From: Thraustochytrium aureum
Taxonomy: Eukaryota
Assembly (NCBI GenBank): GCA_012862495.1
Contig: BLSG01000391.1
Coordinates: 136,685 to 169,794, forward strand
DNA: 33,110 nt
Reading direction: 5' to 3'
Shown: in pieces, positions 9,762 to 19,054 of the stretch
Layout of the letters: every line of letters begins with the position of its first letter
Numbering within the stretch: the first letter of the stretch is position 1
The notes under the pieces: generated by a model
Database searches by the model: none
What the model was told of the DNA's origin: nothing
The model's input: the letters and a program-made list of their open reading frames with translations, nothing else
Position numbers and translations under genes: made by a program

Positions 9762-10745
9762 CCTCGCCCCTGCAGGCCGCTGCTGCCGGTTTTGATCGGG
9801 CAGTGAGTGCCAAGCACAACGAATAAAATTCGATGATTCACAGTCAATGCGATGCCGCAAACCTGGAGGAAGTGGCACGCCGTCTCGTTCCAAGTACGAG
9901 CTTGCCGGCGTATTCGCCGTCTTGGCTCGACCCGCCCCGTCCGTCCGTGGAAAAAAGCATGCACATCGGCGCACAGGCGTGGGCAACGCCGCCAAGAGCT
10001 TCGACAGCCATACGATCGATCGTCGACGACTCGAGCGAGACGCCGCCGGCCTCATTCCACCGGACCTCAACGGTACTCGATCAACTCGAGAGTTTGCGCG
10101 AGAGCTGTTCTCGTCTTCACGAGCTCATTCACTCATTGAAATTCGCGTAACGCGCCCAACGGTCATTTTGCTCGATGTGCCTGCGCGGACTCGGCGCATT
10201 CTCCGCGAGTGGAGCCAAGCCGCCTTCGGCTGCAGCCGACCTGCTCGCGGCGCTGATCGATTCCGTCTTCGCTGCGGCGCTTGGTCTTTTGCCACTGGAG
10301 AGGTTGGAGTTTGGCATTGACAACCAGCCCCATCGAAGCCCCACGCATCAAGGCACCATCGCATCAAGCGAGCCGCGGCAGAGCGCGGCCGGGGAAGGTG
10401 CAGCGGACGGCGCAGCCTCTGGTATCAGGCGCGCGCCGCGCGACAGAGCTTGAAAGGCTAGGTCAGCGCCTTGGGTTTGACCTAAAACGTGCCAAGGGCT
10501 GCAGCCCCAGGCACTGCCAAGCCGCCGAGCACGTCGCGGCAAGTCGCGCTGAGGCCAGAGACCTCGTGGCTGTGTGGGTTCCTGCATCGCGGCCGGAAGC
10601 CCGAAGACACAATCCGGCTTCACGCTTGGAGACATCGACCAATTCGTCGACCTCCGCATCTTTGTGAACAACTACCTCAATCCCTGCTTGCCGCCGCCGC
10701 TGCCGCAGCCAATAAAGCGCGGAAGGAGCCCGATATCCGGCAGCC

Positions 10746-13700
10746 ATGTCGCATGGAGCGACTTCAGAAGAATGGGGAAGGTTGTCGAGCCTCGAGAGGT
10801 TTGCAGAGCGGGCGCGGCGCAAGCGCGAGCGGCTCGTGAAAAGGCTGAGCGGTGCGTCTCGCACCGGCTCAGGAAGCAGAAGCGGCGCACAAGACGCCAC
10901 AAGCGACGACGAACTCGCGGACGAGGCTGCCTTTGCCGAGAGCGACGATGGCGTTGAATCTGCTGCTGACCAGCACAGTAACCAACAGGCCGATGCACAC
11001 GCAGACTCTGACCAGAGCGACGGAATCGACAACGACGACGACCTCATTGACCGCGAGCTTGACGTTGACGAAGAAGCTGACGAGGACGACGACAAAGTCA
11101 ACTCCCAGGATCACGACGACGTCGACGACGACGACGAGGAGGAGGAGGAGGAGGAAGAGGAGGAGGAAGAGGACGACGAGGCGGATGAACTCGAGTCGCA
11201 GGCCACGTCGCAGGCCGAAACTGGCGACGAAAGCGTCGAGTACGAGTACGAAGAGGTTGAAGAGGTTGACGAAGAAGAAGAAGAAGAAGAAGAGGAGGAG
11301 GAGGAAGAAGAAGAAGAGGAGGAGGAAGAGGCGACTGACGGTGCAGAGTCGGCCCTCGACGAGAATGCAGAAGACCTCAGCGAGCTTGATGCAGAGCAGG
11401 ACCTTGAAAACGAGTCAACAGAACATGAGTTGCGCGGTTCTGCAAGCGAAGGAGAGGCTGAAGCCAGTGAAAACGACGAGGGCGAGGCAGGCGTCGAGTA
11501 TGTCTACGAAGAGGTCGAAGTCGAGGAAGAGGACGAGGATGAAGATGGGCAAGACGAGGGCGGAGAAGGACAAGGCGAGGACGACGACAACAACGAGGAG
11601 GAAGACGGGAACGAACATGAGCATCAAGACGTAAATGCGGCTCCGCCACAACAAGCGAGTGCGAAAGGATCGGGTGATATCGCCGTTGAGGACTTTGACT
11701 TGGATGAACTCGACGGTTTCGCGGACGACGGCGCCGATCAAGCTGCAAACCCTCCAATTCCTCCAGCAATCGACAAGCGTGCGCCCAAGCAACATCCTTC
11801 AGCTTCCGCTAAGGCGGACGAGAGCGCTGGGGATGCCAAGCGCGACGACGAAAGCCACGCTTCCAACGAGAGCCAGGCCAACAGCGACGATGAGAGCGTC
11901 GAGTACGTTTACGAAGAGGTCTCGGCGTCAAGCGATGGTTCCCAGTCTGGCTCCGCCAGCTCTGAAGGGGAGAACGATTCAGAATTGAGCGGATCTGGCG
12001 AGGACGATGTTGAGTATGAAGAGGTCATTGAGTACGTTGACGAAGAAGAAGAAGAGGAAGAGGACGAGGAAGAAGAAGAGGAAGAGGACGAAGGTGTCGA
12101 GGAGGAAGACGAAGGAGAAGAGGCGGAGGAGACGACCAAGGAGGATGGCGGTCTTGACGAGCTCCAGGACCTTGGTGACGACGAGCTTGAGCCGAGCTTC
12201 GAGCCAAGTGCAAGCCGCCCAGAAGGACGCAGTGCCGTTTCTGAGAAAGAACGCTTGAGCGACGAACTTCTTGAGCAAGCAGTGCTTGAGCATGCAGAGT
12301 TTCTAGGAATGGACCCTGCCAAGCACAGCAAACACTTGTGGATTGCAAAAGAGGCGCTGACTGCGGAGCTTCCGGAGGGCTGGGAGCAAGCCACGACAGC
12401 GGACGGAACTCCATATCATTTTAACGCGCGGACGGGACAATCGATATGGGAGCACCCGAGGGACGACGAGTTTCGCGCCAAGTTCCGCTTAGAACTCGAG
12501 AAAGACCAAGGCGCCTCGCAACCCCCCAGGAGTCCTCAACGACATGCGTTGCCTGAGAAGGACAGCCTATCTCTGCTTGAAGAGGAAGAGAGCAAGGATC
12601 CCCGCGAAATGTCGTCCGCTCAGGACGCGCAACAGCGTCCCTCGCCCGTCAACACAAGGTCGACGCTTGCAACGACGCAGGAAGGCGCAGAAACTTTGGC
12701 TGCGCCCGGCACTCTAAGCTTGAACCCTTACGCTAAAAAGCTCGGCGCGCTGAGTTCTGGTGGCCTCGCGCAAACTCGCGCGCAAAACCGGGGGCCTGCG
12801 CTGTCATTTGCAAGAGCGTCGTCGTCGTACCGCACATCGAGGCTGCCTCAAAGGCTCGAGGACGAAGAAGCCCATGGCAGAGCAAGAACGGCAGAGGGAC
12901 TGGCAGCGAGAAATAGTATGACCAGCCCAAGCGGCCCAGCGAGCTCGCCAGAGGCCCAAGAAATGCAACGGTTCGGTGTTGCCGTGCCGGCTCCCAAGAC
13001 GCCGCGGAGCCCGACGGATCCTTTCGCCGCGCAGAGGCAGCGAGAGCTCGAGCGTCAAGTCGAGGAGCTGAAGCGTGTTGTTTTGCAGAACGAGCGCGAC
13101 ACGCAGACGCGAAGAGATGAAATGGACAGGCTCCGCGAAGAGAACCGCCAGCTCGTAGATGAGGCGCGCATCGCGTCAAGCGCGGCAGCCGAGACTCACA
13201 GCGCCTTGGGCAAAGCTCTCGCTGACGTTGCAGCGAACGAGGAGCGCGCAAAATCCGCACTGCAGCGCGCAGAGGACCTCGAGCGCCTCCTTGACGAATC
13301 CAAGAAGGAGGCGTGCGCTGCGCGCGAGCTGGTCGCCGCAGCGCACGAGTCGTCGCAGCAGCATGTGTCGAGCAGTGTGGAGAAGACCGCGCAAGCAAAC
13401 GCCCAGGTTAGCAAGGTACTTGACCAACTGAACAGCACCCGCATGCAGCAAGAGTCAGAGCGGCTCGCCTGGTTCAGCGAGCGGGAGGAGCTCAAGTCGA
13501 CAATCAAGACGCTACACGCGGCCGAGCTGGATCACAGCAAGCTCAGCAACGAGCTCGAGCAGTGCCGTGCGGACCTCGCAGAAGCGATTGCGGCGAGGTC
13601 GGAGTCGGAGCTACGCTTGGAAAGCACACTCCGCGCCGCGGAACAGCAGCAAGGCGCGCAGCGAGCGCAATGGGAGCGCGAATGGGCTGTCGAGCAGCAA

Positions 13701-14957
13701 CAGCGAAGCAAGGCGCTTGAGGAGGCTTTTGAGCAGCGGTTCAAGGACCTTCTTGCAGAGAAGCAAAAGCTAATCGGCGACATCCACGATCAGCGCGCCC
13801 AGTTTAAAGACCGTATTGCCAACCTGGAACGTGAGGCACATCGCGCACGTACAGAGCTAGAGTCGGCTAATGCCCGTCTGTGCGAAGTCCAAGACGAACG
13901 ACGCAGGGAAAGGGCGGCGGCTGAGAAGGCTCGCCACGAGGCAGAAGCCAACCTTGGCGCAAGCCAGCGCGAGGCAGCCGAGGCGCGATCCAGCTGCAGC
14001 GACTTGGAGCACGAGCTGAGCGAAGCGCTCTATCGGATCAAGTCGCTTGAAAAGGACGTCGCCACACTGTCCCAGCTGAGGGCGTCGGTGGGCGGCGCAG
14101 CAGAGGGCGGCGAGAATGTCCCAAGAAACCAAAATCTTGGCGTAGAAGAGGCAGCAGACAAGCAAATTGGCTCAGCAGACCCGAATCTGCTGGCTCAGCT
14201 TGCGATGGCGGTGTCCGAGCGCTCAACGCTCGAAGCAGAGGCCCGCGCGATGCGCGTCGAATTTGAGCGCGAGCTCGAGGCCGCCGTAGAGGAGACCGCC
14301 AGTCGGACAAGTGACGCATGGAAACGCTCGACTGCGGCGCAGGTCGACCAGATTCGCGCAAAGTTGGAGCGCACGGAGCGCACCCTCGAGCTCGAGCGCG
14401 AGCGGCACCGTGGCGCAGTGCGGGAGCTTGAGCTGCGCCTTGACTTTGCTCATCAACAGGTTCGAACCGAGATGAACTGCGCGGCCGCAGAGGTAGAGCG
14501 CCTGAGTGTGGCCAACCAGCAGCTCCATCGCGTCTTGAGGGACCAAGACTGCGGGGATACTCTACAGACGCGGCCGGCGGCCGGCGGCCGGCTTGGACTA
14601 CGCGAGTTCCAGGTTGCGCATGAGATTTCCAATCAGATCTCCCTGTTGCGCGAGCAGTGCAAGTCTGTCAGTGCGCGTGCTCCTCATCGGCTCGCAGGGA
14701 GGCTTGTCGATTTCGATGCTCTCGAGCGCGAAGAGCGAGCTGTAGTCCGCGCTGTCCCAGGGGTCAAGCGTTGGGACGACTCGCTCAACTCGCGTGCGTC
14801 ATCGCTTGGTCCGCGAGACCACGTGTCTGGTGGACCGAGTCAGACCCGAGAGGGGCCTATGGGGAGCCCTCACGGGGGCGTTGGACTGAGCAGGGCGCTC
14901 TGGTCCCCATCGCAGCCTTCGGGGCGGTCGAGGCGGTCACTCTTGTTCTCGATCTAG
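10746..14957 (+). CDS. CEP164-like: CEP164-like WW-domain coiled-coil protein with long acidic N-terminus
   Basis: EHAEFLGMDPAKHSKHLWIAKEALTAELPEGW...GTPYHFNARTGQSIWEHPRDDEFR (~12285-12480) matches the CEP164 helical+WW module. It is followed by ~500 aa of coiled-coil-like heptads and preceded by ~500 aa of D/E-rich sequence. Confidence 0.8.
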   Translation: MSHGATSEEWGRLSSLERFAERARRKRERLVKRLSGASRTGSGSRSGAQDATSDDELADEAAFAESDDGVESAADQHSNQQADAHADSDQSDGIDNDDDLIDRELDVDEEADEDDDKVNSQDHDDVDDDDEEEEEEEEEEEEDDEADELESQATSQAETGDESVEYEYEEVEEVDEEEEEEEEEEEEEEEEEEEEATDGAESALDENAEDLSELDAEQDLENESTEHELRGSASEGEAEASENDEGEAGVEYVYEEVEVEEEDEDEDGQDEGGEGQGEDDDNNEEEDGNEHEHQDVNAAPPQQASAKGSGDIAVEDFDLDELDGFADDGADQAANPPIPPAIDKRAPKQHPSASAKADESAGDAKRDDESHASNESQANSDDESVEYVYEEVSASSDGSQSGSASSEGENDSELSGSGEDDVEYEEVIEYVDEEEEEEEDEEEEEEEDEGVEEEDEGEEAEETTKEDGGLDELQDLGDDELEPSFEPSASRPEGRSAVSEKERLSDELLEQAVLEHAEFLGMDPAKHSKHLWIAKEALTAELPEGWEQATTADGTPYHFNARTGQSIWEHPRDDEFRAKFRLELEKDQGASQPPRSPQRHALPEKDSLSLLEEEESKDPREMSSAQDAQQRPSPVNTRSTLATTQEGAETLAAPGTLSLNPYAKKLGALSSGGLAQTRAQNRGPALSFARASSSYRTSRLPQRLEDEEAHGRARTAEGLAARNSMTSPSGPASSPEAQEMQRFGVAVPAPKTPRSPTDPFAAQRQRELERQVEELKRVVLQNERDTQTRRDEMDRLREENRQLVDEARIASSAAAETHSALGKALADVAANEERAKSALQRAEDLERLLDESKKEACAARELVAAAHESSQQHVSSSVEKTAQANAQVSKVLDQLNSTRMQQESERLAWFSEREELKSTIKTLHAAELDHSKLSNELEQCRADLAEAIAARSESELRLESTLRAAEQQQGAQRAQWEREWAVEQQQRSKALEEAFEQRFKDLLAEKQKLIGDIHDQRAQFKDRIANLEREAHRARTELESANARLCEVQDERRRERAAAEKARHEAEANLGASQREAAEARSSCSDLEHELSEALYRIKSLEKDVATLSQLRASVGGAAEGGENVPRNQNLGVEEAADKQIGSADPNLLAQLAMAVSERSTLEAEARAMRVEFERELEAAVEETASRTSDAWKRSTAAQVDQIRAKLERTERTLELERERHRGAVRELELRLDFAHQQVRTEMNCAAAEVERLSVANQQLHRVLRDQDCGDTLQTRPAAGGRLGLREFQVAHEISNQISLLREQCKSVSARAPHRLAGRLVDFDALEREERAVVRAVPGVKRWDDSLNSRASSLGPRDHVSGGPSQTREGPMGSPHGGVGLSRALWSPSQPSGRSRRSLLFSI
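11118..11330 (+). repeat. Coding GAC/GAG/GAA trinucleotide runs (poly-Asp/Glu)
   Basis: Directly visible runs within the CEP164-like CDS; a similar run lies at ~12040-12130. Confidence 0.9.
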
Positions 14958-15941
14958 CTCTCTAGAGAGCTAGAGCTCAAGCGAGACTACTAAAGTCGAC
15001 GTAGGGAGATTTGGATTAGAAAAACTCGCAAGTCGTCGGCTCGCCAATCGAGAAGCCCTCACGATTCGCGACGAGGACGGCTGCGTTTCAGAAAAAGTGG
15101 GCCATGTCCTCGTGCTTGACCGACATCGCACAATTGGCAATGGCCTGCGGAGGTCTCTGCGCAGTCGCCAAGTCACGACTCCATGCAACGAATCGTCAGG
15201 GCCGTGCCGTGCCGTGCAAACTTGGCTTTGTTGTCCTTCAGCCTGCTCTCTGCATCAAGGCACATTCCTTGGCCAACGGCATCCCTCGTCGGCTCGCCAA
15301 ATGCATGGCGAGGAGCAAGCACGAGCGCCACAAAAGCGCCAAGCCCTGCAAGGTAAATCTGAAATTCTACACATACCTTTTCCCTTGCGCAGTTGGCTTT
15401 TGCAGCAGCAGCGCCTTCTTGCTTGCGCAGACAGAACGTTTCTGGTCTTCCCTGGGTCCAAGCGAGAATTTCTCACGACGACGGGCGCTCGAACGTCTGC
15501 CTCGTCGAGAGCCGCCAGCCACGCAACCTCCTGCCCCGCTCATGGCCGTGCCAAGGTCCGATGAGACGGCTTGGCGTTCACGAACGAGCAAACTGCCCAA
15601 ACGCTGCCCAAACGCAGATTGCACTTCGACGGTCTTGCAGCTGGACGGTCTGGCTAGTTGCGCACGATCCTGTTGAATTCAGTCGCTCGAAAGGGTTGCC
15701 CTTTAGGAGGATGGGACCGTGGCCACTTTGCGTGCGGACACTGATGTTTCGCTCGCAGGACCGCCGGTTTCAGGCCCAGTGTGACCAACAGTGAGTGCAT
15801 GAACGTGGCAAGTGGGATCCTTCTTGAGACTGGTTTGGCGGCAAAAGCGAGAGACCTGAATCGCGCGAGCAAATCAAAGTCCAATGGAAACACGAGGCGT
15901 TTGCGCTGCAAGACCCGCAGTTGTGCGCTGCGCGAGCGATG

Positions 15942-17498
15942 CTAGATGGCCTGCACGTCGCCCGGGCGCCGCTTCTTTGCTGTCGCAGCCTGAACGTCCA
16001 TCGGCTGCGCCTCGTCCAGCTTGCGCTTCGAGTGCGCAAGGCGCGAGTGGTCGGCGAGGCTGAGCATACCAAAGTGCGCAGGGTCGAAACGTCCCGCAGG
16101 CAGAGCGTGAGATGACGGCGAGTGCGCCGGGGAGGCGGAAGAGGACGAAGACGAGTAAGCCCTTGCACCAAGGCGCGCTGGGGCCGAGCCGGCGCCAGAC
16201 GAGTAGCCCGGGTGCGACTGATTTGAAAAGTAGACTTGCTGCTCGGCGGGCACGTGGCCGCTAGCCTGGGGCAGCGGCGCATCACTGAACAGCGGCCCTG
16301 AACTCGCTTGCACGGAGCCAAACGGCGGCGGCTGCGCAGCTGGCGTAGAGGACGATGCGAGAAACGCGTCGTCTGGAAAGGCATAAGCAGTCCCTTCTCC
16401 GGGCGAGCCCTGATTGTGGCGCTTGAGGGCATTTTGGAGACGTCGGCGCTCCTTTTGGCGCTCCTTGCGCTGTTCGACGATCTCGGCACGCACGAACGGC
16501 GGGACGGGCAGAGAGCGCGGGGCGCGCTTCATGCGCTTGACCTTGGGCGGCAGCTTGCTGCAAAGCGCGCAGGTTTTCGTGTTGGTCCACTTGCACTCCT
16601 GCAGGTGGTGCATGAGCTTGCGCGAGGACTTGCAGCTTCCCGCCGGGAGGCGAAACGCGCAAAACGCGTCGTTGCAGGCCATCATGTGATCGTACAGCTG
16701 GCGGATCGCCGGATCGCCGCCGGGCTGCTTGTGGGCGAGGAGCAGGCCTGCGAAAGTCTGGATGATCCGTTTCTCCTTGGCAAGTTTCTTCTTGTACGAC
16801 CTGCTCATCAACTGCTCGGGCGGCTTAACGCGGCGCGTCATGTTGTCGTGGAACAGACAAAAGTTGCACGACTCTTTGCACATGCCCACGACGCCGTCGT
16901 GCATCAGTTTGCGCCTGTGCTCCACGTACGGACGCACCTTGCGGCAAAGTCGGAACTTGCACTCCTCGTTCGAGCAGTTGACGCAGTGGTTCCAAGCGCG
17001 CAGTGATGCCTCGCACACCTCGAGGTTGCCTTTTTCATCTGCATCGTTCTCGTCGTCATCGCCCTCGTAGTCCGACCCGTTAGGCTGGTCGTCTATCGTG
17101 TTTGTGCGGCTGCGCCGTCCCTCGCTCGTATGGTCGTCTCCGTCGTCGAAGCTGCCGTGTATTATCTGCAGACTTGAACTGCCGTACGCGTTTTGCTCGG
17201 CGCCAATCGCATCTGCGTCCTCCTCTTCTTCTTCTTCTTCTTCTTCTTCGTCGTGGTCATCTTCATCATCGTCGTCTTCCATGTCTTGCTTGAGCATGGC
17301 CGCTGCCGCCGTGCTCAGGGCGTTCTGTACAGTCTCTGCGCCGCACAGATGGACGAGCTGGCTGTGCACCCTCAGCTCGGTCTCCTCGCATGGATTACTC
17401 ACATAGGCAAAGTACAGCTGGTCGATGAGACCGTGCCTCGCCCGCCCTACGCTCGCCTTCAGCATGCGCAGCAGCGTGTCCGCGTCGATCCGGTCCAT
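15942..17498 (-). CDS. TAZ zinc-finger protein (two TAZ-like Cys/His clusters), putative transcriptional regulator
   Basis: Probable start MDRIDAD at 17498; the upstream in-frame extension is translated microsatellite. Clusters: HCVNCSNEECKFRLC...H...CKESCNFC and LLLAH...HMMACNDAFC...CKSSRKLMHHLQECK...CALC (TAZ pattern H-x3-C-x4-C). Also an acidic tract and basic NLS-like segments (KRKLDE, AKKRR). Confidence 0.75.
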   Translation of the reverse strand: MDRIDADTLLRMLKASVGRARHGLIDQLYFAYVSNPCEETELRVHSQLVHLCGAETVQNALSTAAAAMLKQDMEDDDDEDDHDEEEEEEEEEEDADAIGAEQNAYGSSSLQIIHGSFDDGDDHTSEGRRSRTNTIDDQPNGSDYEGDDDENDADEKGNLEVCEASLRAWNHCVNCSNEECKFRLCRKVRPYVEHRRKLMHDGVVGMCKESCNFCLFHDNMTRRVKPPEQLMSRSYKKKLAKEKRIIQTFAGLLLAHKQPGGDPAIRQLYDHMMACNDAFCAFRLPAGSCKSSRKLMHHLQECKWTNTKTCALCSKLPPKVKRMKRAPRSLPVPPFVRAEIVEQRKERQKERRRLQNALKRHNQGSPGEGTAYAFPDDAFLASSSTPAAQPPPFGSVQASSGPLFSDAPLPQASGHVPAEQQVYFSNQSHPGYSSGAGSAPARLGARAYSSSSSSASPAHSPSSHALPAGRFDPAHFGMLSLADHSRLAHSKRKLDEAQPMDVQAATAKKRRPGDVQAI

Positions 17499-17636
17499 CT
17501 CGACGGTCGGCGCGTTTGTTCGCCGACCGCCTCGAAGCAGCTGGTAGTAGCACCTGTGGTTGGGGCAGCTCAAGCGCTTGGCCCCAAGCAAGGCGCTTCC
17601 GCAGGCAGGCTCAAGCGAGGCGCGGCCCAGTGCCGA

Positions 17637-17680
17637 GCAGGCAGGCAGCCAGGCAGGCAGCCAGGCAGCCAGGCAGGCAG
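17637..17680. repeat. Imperfect (GGCA/GCCA)n microsatellite
   Basis: gcaggcaggcagccaggcaggcagccaggcagccaggcaggcag, upstream of the probable TAZ gene start. Confidence 0.8.
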
Positions 17681-18661
17681 TCCGCGACTTGGCCCAGGAC
17701 GGCAACGATGGAATCCGCCTTGAACCCGAAAACCGCAACCCACACCCAGCCAAAGCCCGAGCCGCAGGGTAGACCGCGACCTGGCAGTAAAGAGCGAGCC
17801 CAGGCGTCCACGACGGCGCAGCGGGCCCAGCGCTGCTCTGCTGCAGCGCGCGACTGCGTGCGTGCGTACTCGACTGCCTGCTGTTCAAAGAAGATGTGCA
17901 TCGCAGCACTTTGCGACTCTTTCTTGCTTCTCGGCAAATCCACAGTGTGGGAGATGCACAGCGGTTCGCCCGATGAGCCTGTGTTTCTTGCAACTTGTCT
18001 ACTAGCCTTTTCGGCTAAACAGAGCTAGTAGTGGGATTATATTTAATAGGGCTGTTTTGGCCGGGATCTGCCGCGGGGAGGTAGTAGTAGTAGTACGCGC
18101 TCGCTCGCTCGACCATGGAGTCAGTCAGCCGCGCCGCACTTGGTAGGCTTGGTAGGAGCGCCATCGGCCGATCGGCGTGCTCGTCGCTCCCACCTGCGCG
18201 GCGGTGGCTGGTTGTGGCTGCGGGGCTCTGCGGGCGGTGCATTCTGTCGGGATCGGTCGCGTGTGTCACGAGCCACGTTTATTCTGGACAGGGCACTTGC
18301 AGGAATTGCAATCCCTCGCAGCGCTGGCGTGAGGCGGGCCGGCGAGAGAGTGTGAGAGCAGCGTCAGGGCCATCATCATCCTACCAAGCCACCTATTCGA
18401 ACAGGCGCGCGTGCTCGTGACGCCCTGCCACATCTACCAGTCGCGGTCGCGGGCGAGCAATCACGTCATCCATCAGTGATCATGTGGCAGGATCCCGCGC
18501 TGCAACTCCGAGCCCTCCTCGCCGCAACTCGCTGCTGCAACAGTGGCGTCCACTGCAGAGCCGCGCTCGGCTCCGAGTCGTCGCTCTTTTCCGAGCTCCT
18601 CAGGCTCCTCCTCCTCATCATACCTGCACGCGTCCAAAAAATGCCAAAACGAATGCACGCC

Positions 18662-18807
18662 NNNNNNNNNNNNNNNNNNNNNNNNNNNNNNNNNNNNNNN
18701 NNNNNNNNNNNNNNNNNNNNNNNNNNNNNNNNNNNNNNNNNNNNNNNNNNNNNNNNNNNNNNNNNNNNNNNNNNNNNNNNNNNNNNNNNNNNNNNNNNNN
18801 NNNNNNN
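18662..18807. other. Assembly gap (N run)
   Basis: Run of N. Confidence 1.
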
Positions 18808-19054
18808 GCACATTGTGAGGGGCCCACTGTCTCGCAGGTGCACATGAATCAATGAATGAATCCACTTGTTGACGAGTCACGGCGCCTCGAGTGCGGAACA
18901 TCTCCAGCACGCCACGGCCAGACTCGCATCAGGAGCAGGTGCACGGCACGCACTGGTGGCGTGCGCGGCACTCCATTGAACGCCCGACGGACCGGCAAGC
19001 CTCCCGACAACCGCAGCGACGCAGGGCGCGAGCGTGGCGCGGGGCGGGGCCACG

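Noticed and set aside
15104..15676. 190-aa ORF between the CEP164-like and TAZ genes
   Set aside because: No recognisable domain or coding-like composition; cannot be supported without expression data.
17499..17993. 165-aa N-terminal extension of the TAZ protein
   Set aside because: Non-ATG start, and includes translated microsatellite (AWLPAWLPA); likely UTR/promoter.
18473..18661. Possible exon (GCAG|G TAT GAT GAG..., YDEEEEPEEL) next to the first gap
   Set aside because: Acceptor-like site present, but the peptide is short and featureless and the upstream context is in the gap.
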